DNA of 46,240 nt from NCBI GenBank assembly GCA_964579925.1, contig CAZOHK010000002.1, positions 1-46,240 on the forward strand, written 5' to 3'. The stretch comes from an uncultured Staphylococcus sp. (GTDB lineage: Bacteria; Bacillota_I; Bacilli_A; RFN20; CAG-826). Of this stretch, positions 8,567 to 16,675 are shown piece after piece; positions within the stretch are counted from its first letter, which is position 1, and the number at the start of each line of letters is the position of its first letter. The notes below the pieces were generated by a model. It was not told the origin of the DNA and ran no database searches. It worked only from the letters and a program-made list of their open reading frames with translations. A program made the translations under genes and the position numbers.

Positions 8567-9754
8567 TTACTTAACATCGTTGAAGGTAAATAAACTTGGA
8601 ATCACTTGCCCATCGTATGTGAAAAAGGTTTGGTTTGCCCACGAAGTAAAGTCATCTTTACCCTCTATCGGAATCCATGCCGGCTCCCAATACACGACCC
8701 CTAAACCACGACCAGAAGATACCTCAGTCATCATGACCAATGCGTCATATACCAATTGTGACTGGCCAGCAATGGTTGCAGGATAAGATGAGTCTTGGTT
8801 CTGGTTCGGCCCATAAATATTGGTCCCGTTTGGGTTTGCCTTTAACGTAAATGCTTGGGCGGTTTCCACGAGCAAAATATCTTTTTCAAATTGAATGGAA
8901 AGTTGATCAAAATTTTCTTTAACTGCTTCAATTGGCCCATTCCAATAACTATAATAACTTCCCGCAATAATATCGAAGTCAACACCCGCTGCTAATATCG
9001 TTAAGAAGAATTGATAAAACTGCGTTGCATCGTTTGAACTTGCCAGGTGAATCATAATTTTGGTTGCTGGAGAGATGGAGCGAACGGCATTCACGCCTGC
9101 CTTTAACAATTGAATGAGTGGGGAAAAATTCGTTTGACCATCTCGATAGATTTTTCCATCATCCCAAAGCATTCCATTGTTAATCTCATTGCCAATTTGG
9201 ACATAATCGGGCGTCAGACCAAGACGATCGAAATGCTCCATTGTTTCAAGGGTGTATTCAGATAAGGTTTCAACCAGATCAAGGAATGACAAATCTTTCC
9301 AAGCATGGGGCTTAGATTGATTGCCTGGGTCTGCCCACGTATCCGAATAATGAAAATCCAAAAGCCATTTCATCCCATAACTTTTGGCGATGGTGGCAAT
9401 CCGTGTCACGGTCGCTAAATCCAAATATCCGCCGTTCCAAGGGTGATAGGTGACGGGATCGTGCCATAAACGTAAACGAATTAAGTTAATTCCACTTCGC
9501 TTAAGGATGGAAAATAAAGGTTCGATTTCTCCATATTCATTCAAGTATTGTCCACCTTGAAGGATGACTTCCTCATACGTTGATAAATCCACTCCGCGAA
9601 TAAAATCTTGGCGGTGAGGTGTCCGTTTTGGATGAATCAATTGGGTTGGACTAAATTGAGCATCATAGGTCGAAAGGTAGGCATAATCGATGGGTCGTTG
9701 ACTTTGTCCGAGACAACTCGTCAGGATGATGAAACTTAGGAGTAATCTTTTCAT
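8567..9754 (-). CDS. GH53 arabinogalactan endo-beta-1,4-galactanase, predicted lipoprotein
   Basis: Lipobox ILTSC. GH53 motifs IRLRLWHDP, LLDFHYSDTWADPGNQ, VQIGNEINNG and VVYWEPAWI. Confidence 0.8.
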   Translation of the reverse strand: MKRLLLSFIILTSCLGQSQRPIDYAYLSTYDAQFSPTQLIHPKRTPHRQDFIRGVDLSTYEEVILQGGQYLNEYGEIEPLFSILKRSGINLIRLRLWHDPVTYHPWNGGYLDLATVTRIATIAKSYGMKWLLDFHYSDTWADPGNQSKPHAWKDLSFLDLVETLSEYTLETMEHFDRLGLTPDYVQIGNEINNGMLWDDGKIYRDGQTNFSPLIQLLKAGVNAVRSISPATKIMIHLASSNDATQFYQFFLTILAAGVDFDIIAGSYYSYWNGPIEAVKENFDQLSIQFEKDILLVETAQAFTLKANPNGTNIYGPNQNQDSSYPATIAGQSQLVYDALVMMTEVSSGRGLGVVYWEPAWIPIEGKDDFTSWANQTFFTYDGQVIPSLFTFNDVK

Positions 9755-9776
9755 AGGTTTATTATAAACATAAGCA

Positions 9777-9805
9777 TTGCCATCTAGCGGTGGCTTTGTT
9801 AATAT
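9777..9805 (+). promoter_or_regulatory. Candidate promoter for rplS
   Basis: TTGCCA (9777-9782), 17-nt spacer, TAATAT (9800-9805). Confidence 0.5.
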
Positions 9806-9810
9806 ATGAG

Positions 9811-9895
9811 GGCACGTCTACGTGCTAGAAGTGGTCCGCTATGGTCACAATCCATATGAACATTTTGACAAAAATGATGAAGGAGGCTTCAGATC
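9811..9895 (+). promoter_or_regulatory. Structured rplS 5' UTR, candidate L19 ribosomal-protein leader
   Basis: Leader of about 85 nt with hairpin GCACG-TCTA-CGTGC (9812-9825) and a second imperfect hairpin GTGGTC..GGTCAC, lying before the GAAGGAGG SD. Confidence 0.35.
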
Positions 9896-10246
9896 ATGAA
9901 TCAAAAACTCGTCGATCTTGTTACAGCCGAGCAGCTTAAAAAGGATGTCCCTAGCTTTAAATCAGGCGACACCATCCGCGTGATGGTTCGCATTATTGAA
10001 AGTGGCAAAGAACGTTTACAAGCATATGAAGGTATCGTGATTGCCCGCAAAGGCAGTGGTATTAATGCAAGTTTTACCGTTCGTAAGATGTCAGGTAGCA
10101 TTGGTGTTCACCGTATATTTCCGGTTCACGCACCAACGGTTGCAAGTATCGAAGTCTTGAAAAAAGGTAAAGTGCGTCGTAATAAACTCACCTATCTTTC
10201 CAGACTTTCTGGTAAGGCAGCGCGTATTAAAGAAATTTTAGAATAG
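9896..10246 (+). CDS. rplS: 50S ribosomal protein L19
   Basis: The 116-aa translation reads as L19 throughout, including FKSGDTIRV, the GKERLQAYEGIVIARKG segment and RRNKLTYL. Confidence 0.95.
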   Translation: MNQKLVDLVTAEQLKKDVPSFKSGDTIRVMVRIIESGKERLQAYEGIVIARKGSGINASFTVRKMSGSIGVHRIFPVHAPTVASIEVLKKGKVRRNKLTYLSRLSGKAARIKEILE

Positions 10247-10276
10247 GTTATTACCTATTTTGATTGTGACAAAACT

Positions 10277-10300
10277 AGATTCCTTGGGGAATCTTTTTTG
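10277..10300 (+). terminator. Rho-independent terminator after rplS
   Basis: AGATTCC-TTGG-GGAATCT followed by T5. Confidence 0.7.
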
Positions 10301-10333
10301 TTTGTCTAGGTGGAAATGCTTATAATAGAAAGG

Positions 10334-10951
10334 ATGAAATACTTACCCACCTGGTTAAAAAAAACCATCGCGATTGTTTCACAATTAATCTTTGTGATGT
10401 TGATTGTTTCCGGTGGCTTGGTCATTTTCCATAACTTGTATTTTGTTCCCGTGAAGATTGTTGGTCGTTCGATGGAACCAACCCTTTTTGATCAAGAATT
10501 TGGAGTGATGGATCAAAATGAAAACACCTTAAGTAATCTTGACCGATTCGACATTGTGATTGTTCAGCAAAATCCAAATTTGAATCGATTTTTAATCAAA
10601 CGCTTGATTGGCTTACCCGGAGAAACCATTGTGTTGAGTGAAGCCGGCGAATTAACGGTAGATGGTTCGCTGATTCCCCAACCTTTTATTCCGGAAGATG
10701 GATATTTAGAGAATACATGCACCAATCCTCTATTGATTGGCTGTGAACCAGTTACCTTACTTGAAGACCAATATTTTGTGATGGGTGATAATCGTGGATT
10801 TTCAACCGATTCTAGAGTCTTTGGACCGATCGAAACAAGCCAACTGATTGGAAAACTATTTGCGATTGAAGGCGTCTGTGGTGAAGATAATGTCGATGAT
10901 CCAAATGATTGCCGGCAACGAGCATTTTTTTGGCCAAGGATTTACGCATGA
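10334..10951 (+). CDS. lepB: Signal peptidase I
   Basis: N-terminal TM segment, catalytic Ser box GRSMEPTL, Lys box IKRLIGLPGE, and GDNRGFSTDSR. Start set at ATG 10334 because TTGTTT-17-TATAAT (10298-10326) lies downstream of the track start at 10310. Confidence 0.8.
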   Translation: MKYLPTWLKKTIAIVSQLIFVMLIVSGGLVIFHNLYFVPVKIVGRSMEPTLFDQEFGVMDQNENTLSNLDRFDIVIVQQNPNLNRFLIKRLIGLPGETIVLSEAGELTVDGSLIPQPFIPEDGYLENTCTNPLLIGCEPVTLLEDQYFVMGDNRGFSTDSRVFGPIETSQLIGKLFAIEGVCGEDNVDDPNDCRQRAFFWPRIYA

Positions 10952-11799
10952 ACCTTAAACAAAACCACTGGTATCCAGGGCATATGAATAAGGCGATTAC
11001 CGCCATCCATGAAAAAATAAAGTGGATTGATTTACTCATTATTGTCGTCGATGCTCGTGCTATTTTTTCCTGTATTGATTTACCATTGGTAACCCAAAAA
11101 CCAATCCTATATGTGGTGACAAAAGCAGATATTGCTGATCCAGAGATCACCCAAGCCTGGTTTCAACATCTGAAAGCCAATCAGCAGTCCGCTGTATTAA
11201 GTATGGGGAAAGTGCCAACCTCGCGAAGTGCAATTTTAAAAGCCTTAGAAAAACTGGGTGAACCACTTTGGTTAAAACAAGAAAAAAAAGGTGTGAAACG
11301 TCAAGCCTTAAAAATTATGATCACAGGTGTGCCCAATGTTGGGAAGTCGACTCTTATTAATTTACTAGCAAAACAACACCGGGTGAATACCGAAAACCGG
11401 CCTGGATCAACTCGTGGTCAACAATGGATTAAACTGGATGAACATTTATTACTGCTCGACACACCAGGAATTTTACCACCACGATTTCAAACACAAGAAA
11501 CGTCCTTACAATTGGCATTAATCGGATCGATGCCTTTAAAGCAACTTCCAATTGATCAACTTGCTTATTATCTTTATGACTGGATGATGAAGCAATATCC
11601 CCAAGCAATGAAAACCATGCATGGTAGTCATCCAGCGTCTGCCCAAGAATTTTTTAATCAAATCGGGAAAAAACGTGGTTGGATCAAGCAAGATATCGTT
11701 GATTATCAACTGGTATTCACTCACTTCATCAAGGATTTTCAAGATGGTAAATTAGGACGATTTTCTCTACCACGGGTTTCTCATGAAGCAAAATCTTGA
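10948..11799 (+). CDS. rbgA: Ribosome biogenesis GTPase A (YlqF/RbgA)
   Basis: HWYPGHMNKA start. Circularly permuted GTPase order: TKAD, then GVPNVGKSTLIN, then DTPGIL. Its ATG overlaps the lepB stop (ATGA). Confidence 0.85.
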   Translation: MNLKQNHWYPGHMNKAITAIHEKIKWIDLLIIVVDARAIFSCIDLPLVTQKPILYVVTKADIADPEITQAWFQHLKANQQSAVLSMGKVPTSRSAILKALEKLGEPLWLKQEKKGVKRQALKIMITGVPNVGKSTLINLLAKQHRVNTENRPGSTRGQQWIKLDEHLLLLDTPGILPPRFQTQETSLQLALIGSMPLKQLPIDQLAYYLYDWMMKQYPQAMKTMHGSHPASAQEFFNQIGKKRGWIKQDIVDYQLVFTHFIKDFQDGKLGRFSLPRVSHEAKS

Positions 11800-12394
11800 T
11801 CTACATTACTATCAGCAAGGTTATCACGTGATTGCAGGATGCGATGAAGCAGGACGAGGTCCGATTGCAGGGCCCGTGGTTGCAGCGGCAGTGATTTTAC
11901 CAAAAGATTATCTCGATCATCGTATTCATGATTCTAAACAACTATCTAAATCATTAAGAGAAATATTGTTTGCTGAAATTACCAAGCATGCACTAGGCTA
12001 TGCCATCACAGTGATTGATGTGGCAACGATTACCCTCATCAATATTTTAGAGGCTTCCCGTCTTGCCATGCAAAGAAGTTTAGAACAATTAACGATAAAG
12101 TATGATGTGGTTCTTAGTGATGCAATGGCCTTACCAAAACAAAAAGTTCCGGTGTATCCGATCATTCATGGCGATGCTTTATCTCAAACGATTGCTGCCA
12201 GTAGTATCCTTGCAAAAGTCACCCGTGATCGCATCATGGATACGTTGGGAAAAGCCTATCCATCTTATGGATTTGATCAACATAAAGGGTATCCAACTCC
12301 GCTCCACCTACAGTTATTAAAAACCCATGGACCGATTGAAGGGGTTCACCGTCCAACCTTTGGACCAGTCAAAAAATTAATCAAGGTAGGATAA
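11783..12394 (+). CDS. rnhB: Ribonuclease HII
   Basis: GCDEAGRGPIAGPVV and DSKQLS motifs. Confidence 0.9.
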   Translation: MKQNLDLHYYQQGYHVIAGCDEAGRGPIAGPVVAAAVILPKDYLDHRIHDSKQLSKSLREILFAEITKHALGYAITVIDVATITLINILEASRLAMQRSLEQLTIKYDVVLSDAMALPKQKVPVYPIIHGDALSQTIAASSILAKVTRDRIMDTLGKAYPSYGFDQHKGYPTPLHLQLLKTHGPIEGVHRPTFGPVKKLIKVG

Positions 12395-12448
12395 AACAAA
12401 AGGTTAACTTTTCTTTTTAAGACCTATTTATCTATAAAGGATAAAAAT

Positions 12449-13282
12449 ATGGTCAAAGGAAGAGACATTATCATTTACTTAGCGTTGAAGTATGAAGGCG
12501 ACTGGAATGCGATTTATCAAGCGATTAAGGAAAAAGAGTTAGTTGATGAGGTCATGGTTCAAGAAAAAATCAAAACCTTAAAAAGTTCTGTGGTGACCAT
12601 CATTGATGAACAATATCCCGAATCGCTAAAGAAAATATACAAACCACCTTTTGTCCTCTTTTATTATGGTGATTTAGGTTTGGCCCAAGTCCTAGAAAAG
12701 ACGATTGCGGTGATCGGCAGTCGTCATCCTTCGGTTTATGGGTTGGAAATGACTGAGAAAATCACCCAATCTTTAATTGAAGAAGGCATGATGGTTGTTT
12801 CTGGTTTGGCTTACGGTATTGATATTAGGGCCCACCAAACAACCTTAAAACAACAAGGAAAAACAATTGGTATCCTTGGTTCAGGGATTGATGTTTGCTA
12901 TCCAAAGGATCATCTAGATACGTACTTGACCATGAAAAAAGATCATTTGGTGATGAGCGAATATCCATCCAATACCCCAGCAAATAAAGATCACTTCCCT
13001 TGGCGAAATCGATTAATCGCAGGTTTAGCAAGAGGGGTATTTGTTGCAGAAGCGAAAAAAAGAAGTGGCACGCTGATTACGGTGGGATACGCATTATATT
13101 TAGGTAAAGATGTTTATGTTTTGCCCCATCAGGCGAATACAGATAATTCAACCAATCAATTAATCAAAGATGGGGCCATTTTGGTAGAATCTGGACAAGA
13201 CATTCTTGAACATTTATTAGGTAGCCAAGAAAAGGAAAAAGCCCTACAAAAAAAACTGGAACCTGAAAAAAAGTTTGTTTAA
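12449..13282 (+). CDS. dprA: DNA processing protein DprA (Smf)
   Basis: IAVIGSRHPSVYG, SGLAYGIDIRAH and RNRLIAGL. It sits upstream of topA as in Bacillus. Confidence 0.85.
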   Translation: MVKGRDIIIYLALKYEGDWNAIYQAIKEKELVDEVMVQEKIKTLKSSVVTIIDEQYPESLKKIYKPPFVLFYYGDLGLAQVLEKTIAVIGSRHPSVYGLEMTEKITQSLIEEGMMVVSGLAYGIDIRAHQTTLKQQGKTIGILGSGIDVCYPKDHLDTYLTMKKDHLVMSEYPSNTPANKDHFPWRNRLIAGLARGVFVAEAKKRSGTLITVGYALYLGKDVYVLPHQANTDNSTNQLIKDGAILVESGQDILEHLLGSQEKEKALQKKLEPEKKFV

Positions 13283-13321
13283 AAAACCGAGCACTATTTT
13301 TCGATTCTTAAATTTTTTGGA

Positions 13322-13350
13322 TTGACAATTTTTCTTTTCATAAGATAATG
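13322..13350 (+). promoter_or_regulatory. Candidate promoter for topA
   Basis: TTGACA (13322-13327), 16-nt spacer, GATAAT (13344-13349). A TAGGAG SD precedes ATG 13371. Confidence 0.5.
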
Positions 13351-13370
13351 AACTTTGTTTAGGAGCAACC

Positions 13371-15593
13371 ATGAATATATTAATTATTGTTGAATCACCC
13401 ACCAAAGAAAAGAGCTTTGCCAAATATTTAAAAGATCAAAAAGATAGTTACACAATAGCTTCTAGTAAGGGCCACATACGCGATTTAGCGACGACTGGTA
13501 AGGGCGGATTAGGCGTCGATATCGAGAATGGATTTAAGCCAACGTATCGTATTTCTAAAAAACAAGACAAAGATAAAGTTGTTGAAGAATTAAAGGCTAA
13601 AGTCAAAAAAGCAGATAAAGTTATTCTTGCAACCGATCCTGATCGTGAAGGCGAATCCATCGCTTGGCATTTAGCCGATACATTAAAACTTGATGTTGAT
13701 AAAACCGAACGCATTGAATTCTTTGAAATTACCAAGGAAAAAATTTTAGCGGCCCTGCAAAATCCCCGCAAAATTAATATGGACATGGTTCAATCGCAAG
13801 AAGCAAGAAGAATTTTGGACCGGATTGTTGGCTTTATGTTGTCGAAGATCTTGAGCAAAAAAGTTCATGCTCCAGCGGGTGGTCGAGTACAATCTGTCGC
13901 ATTGCGTTTTGTTATTGAAAGAGAATTAGAAGTACTCGCCTTTAATCCTCAAACTTACTTCACAATCGAAACCGAACTCACCGCCCCCAAACAAAACTTA
14001 CCTTTAGAATTAACCGCATATCAAAATCAATCATTGAAAAATACCGATGATAAAACAGATCCGAATGGTTATCGGAAAATCATTCCCTTATCGACTGAAG
14101 AAATTGCCAAAGGTTTTATTGAAAAGTTACCCAAAGAAGTCACCTTAAAAGAAGTGGTCATCACGTCTAAGAAAAAGGAATCCAAAGCGGCTTTTCGGAC
14201 CTCGACTCTACAACAAGAAGCAAGTAGCCATAAGGATTTAAGATTTTCTCCACAAAAAACACAATCGGTCGCTCAGTCTTTATATGAAGGGGTTTCGATT
14301 GGAGAAGAAACCGTTGGCTTAGTCACCTATATTCGTACGGACTCTGATCGATTATCGGATGCTTTTGTTTCTGAAGCGTCTGATTTTATTACCAAGACTT
14401 ATGGCCCAGAGTACCTTGCAGATAAACCTAAATCTAAGACTGCTATTTTACAAAGCCAAGATGCCCACGAAGCCATTCGTCCAACTTCAATCTCACGAAC
14501 TCCCGAGATGATGGCAGCTTATCTTGAACCCGATCAATTAAAACTCTACCGCTTGATTTATGCTCGCGCGGTTGCTTCCTTAATGACCGCAAAAAAATAT
14601 GACGTTACAACCTACAATTTCCAAGGTGGAGATTTTACCTTTAAAGCTCAAGGTTCTGTGGTAACTTTTGAAGGTTATACCAAAGCTTATCCAGTCGTCG
14701 AAGAAGATGAAGGTAGTCAATTACCCCAATTATTCAAAGGTCAAAGTTTTCCAATCGTATTTAAAGAATTAAAACCACATACCACATCAGGACCTTCCCG
14801 TTTTTCAGAAGCAAAACTGATTCAAGAAATGGAATATCGTGGTATTGGTCGACCGTCAACTTATGCGTCCACAATTGACAAATTAAAATATCACCACTAT
14901 GTCAGTGTAAAAAGTCATACATTATTTCCAAACCCTGAAGCTCATGCAGCAATGAAGTATTTGATGACATTTTTCCAATATTTAGTCAACCCAACTTATA
15001 CCTCTGAAATGGAATTAAAACTTGATGAAGTAAAGGATGGTGAAGTGACCCGTATCGATTTGTTAAAAGATTTCTACCAACACTTTAAAGACCAATATGA
15101 TAAAGCTGGTGACTTACCAAAAGATGATGCTGCGCTTAATTTCTATGGCAGTTGCCCAAGGTGCAAGGAACATCATCGAGAAGGAACGATCATTCCTCGC
15201 CGTTCAAGATTTGGTGTGTTTTTAGGATGTGATCAATATCCAATTTGTGATTTCATTTCCAATGATGTCCCTTTACCTTGGGAAAAAGAAAATCCTAGCG
15301 ATAAAGAAGACGATGAAGAAAATGGTAAAAACGTCTTCAAATCAACCAGAGTTGCAGCTGAACCGATCGGCAAAAATTGTCCGAAGTGTGGTAAACCATT
15401 AATGAAACGATTTGCGAAACGTGGTGGTAGACCCTTTGTCGGTTGTTCTGGATATCCGGATTGCAGATATTTAGAAAATATAGATGGAACGGAAATTATT
15501 TTGAAAGAACGTCCTAATAAAAAATTTAGCAAAGCCACGAAGACTACTAAAACTACAAAGACTACTAAAACAAAAAAAGCAAAACTCGCATAA
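13371..15593 (+). CDS. topA: DNA topoisomerase I
   Basis: TOPRIM motifs IVESPTK and DPDREGE, active-site YIRTDS, two C4 zinc ribbons (CPRC..CDQYPIC and CPKC..CSGYPDC), and a basic (KTT)n tail. Confidence 0.95.
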   Translation: MNILIIVESPTKEKSFAKYLKDQKDSYTIASSKGHIRDLATTGKGGLGVDIENGFKPTYRISKKQDKDKVVEELKAKVKKADKVILATDPDREGESIAWHLADTLKLDVDKTERIEFFEITKEKILAALQNPRKINMDMVQSQEARRILDRIVGFMLSKILSKKVHAPAGGRVQSVALRFVIERELEVLAFNPQTYFTIETELTAPKQNLPLELTAYQNQSLKNTDDKTDPNGYRKIIPLSTEEIAKGFIEKLPKEVTLKEVVITSKKKESKAAFRTSTLQQEASSHKDLRFSPQKTQSVAQSLYEGVSIGEETVGLVTYIRTDSDRLSDAFVSEASDFITKTYGPEYLADKPKSKTAILQSQDAHEAIRPTSISRTPEMMAAYLEPDQLKLYRLIYARAVASLMTAKKYDVTTYNFQGGDFTFKAQGSVVTFEGYTKAYPVVEEDEGSQLPQLFKGQSFPIVFKELKPHTTSGPSRFSEAKLIQEMEYRGIGRPSTYASTIDKLKYHHYVSVKSHTLFPNPEAHAAMKYLMTFFQYLVNPTYTSEMELKLDEVKDGEVTRIDLLKDFYQHFKDQYDKAGDLPKDDAALNFYGSCPRCKEHHREGTIIPRRSRFGVFLGCDQYPICDFISNDVPLPWEKENPSDKEDDEENGKNVFKSTRVAAEPIGKNCPKCGKPLMKRFAKRGGRPFVGCSGYPDCRYLENIDGTEIILKERPNKKFSKATKTTKTTKTTKTKKAKLA

Positions 15594-15611
15594 TCCTTTT
15601 ATAATAGACAT

Positions 15612-16523
15612 GTGAACAAATCCATTCAAGATTTTCTTGAGTATTTAACCCATACAAGGAAATTTTCACCGCAAACGGTCATATCTTACCAACATGATTT
15701 AACCTTATATTTTCGGTTTCTTCATGATCAATCATTGTTGTTTGATCGGGTCCAAGTCCAACAAGCGCGATCTTTTTTAGCTTCTCAACTTCAACTTGGA
15801 TTGAAGGCAACCACGCTCAAAAGAAGAATCGCGAGTTTAAAACATTTCTATCAACACTTAATTGATCTTGGTGTTCTCCAAGTGAATCCGTTTGCGTTGG
15901 TTCATTCGCCAAAAGTTAAAAAACCGTTGCCCATGATTTTAGATGAACACCAAGTTCAACAGGTCCTCCATCAAAATCTCAATGAGGGGACGATTTTGGT
16001 GATGAGAGACCTTGCTTTGGTTGAGTTGCTATATGGGTCAGGTCTACGGGCAAGTGAAGTCGTCAACCTCACCATCCAGGATTTAAATCTTAGTCAACGG
16101 ATGTTGCGGATTTTGGGTAAAGGAAATAAGCAACGTTTGGTTCCGATCACCAAACCTTGCCAACAAAGTATTGGCCTTTACTTAAAGGATGTTCGCCCAA
16201 CCTTAATAAAGGGTCTAGATGAAAGCAAAGTGTCAAATTACTTATTCTTGAATCATCATGGTCAACGTCTTACGGTTCGAGGATTAGAGTACATCCTTAG
16301 TCAATTGGCGAGAAAAACCGGATTAGAACTTCATGTACACCCCCATCAACTCCGGCATACCTTTGCTACACAGTTACTCGATAATGGTGCGGATTTACGT
16401 ACAATTCAAGAATTACTTGGCCATGCCACGATCAATACCACGCAAATTTATACCCATGTCAGCAAAGAAGCGTTACAAAAGGAATACCGCGCCGCACATC
16501 CGAGGGCCCTAAAAAAGAGGTAA
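15612..16523 (+). CDS. xerC: Tyrosine recombinase XerC/CodV type
   Basis: SAM-like N-domain. Catalytic residues in GLRASE, HQLRHTFAT and LGHATINTTQIYTHV. GTG start. Housekeeping context after topA. Confidence 0.85.
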   Translation: MNKSIQDFLEYLTHTRKFSPQTVISYQHDLTLYFRFLHDQSLLFDRVQVQQARSFLASQLQLGLKATTLKRRIASLKHFYQHLIDLGVLQVNPFALVHSPKVKKPLPMILDEHQVQQVLHQNLNEGTILVMRDLALVELLYGSGLRASEVVNLTIQDLNLSQRMLRILGKGNKQRLVPITKPCQQSIGLYLKDVRPTLIKGLDESKVSNYLFLNHHGQRLTVRGLEYILSQLARKTGLELHVHPHQLRHTFATQLLDNGADLRTIQELLGHATINTTQIYTHVSKEALQKEYRAAHPRALKKR

Positions 16524-16531
16524 TTTATCAT

Positions 16532-16559
16532 TTGATATTGGATGAATTTGTGCTAAAAT
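16532..16559 (+). promoter_or_regulatory. Candidate promoter for rpsB-tsf
   Basis: TTGATA, 16-nt spacer, then extended -10 TGcTAAAAT. Confidence 0.5.
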
Positions 16560-16675
16560 AACGATGCTCTAGCGAATGTTAGAGACAACACACATCATGA
16601 ATTCAACTTCCATGTCTAACTTCGGTTAGGGCGGTTGTCAGAAGTGATGGAGGCAAAACAAATAGGAGGTTTACC

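Noticed and set aside
15612-16523. Tyrosine recombinase as a marker of an integrated mobile element
   Set aside because: It occupies the conserved housekeeping position after topA (CodV/XerC). I saw no flanking att-like repeats, phage genes or cargo genes.
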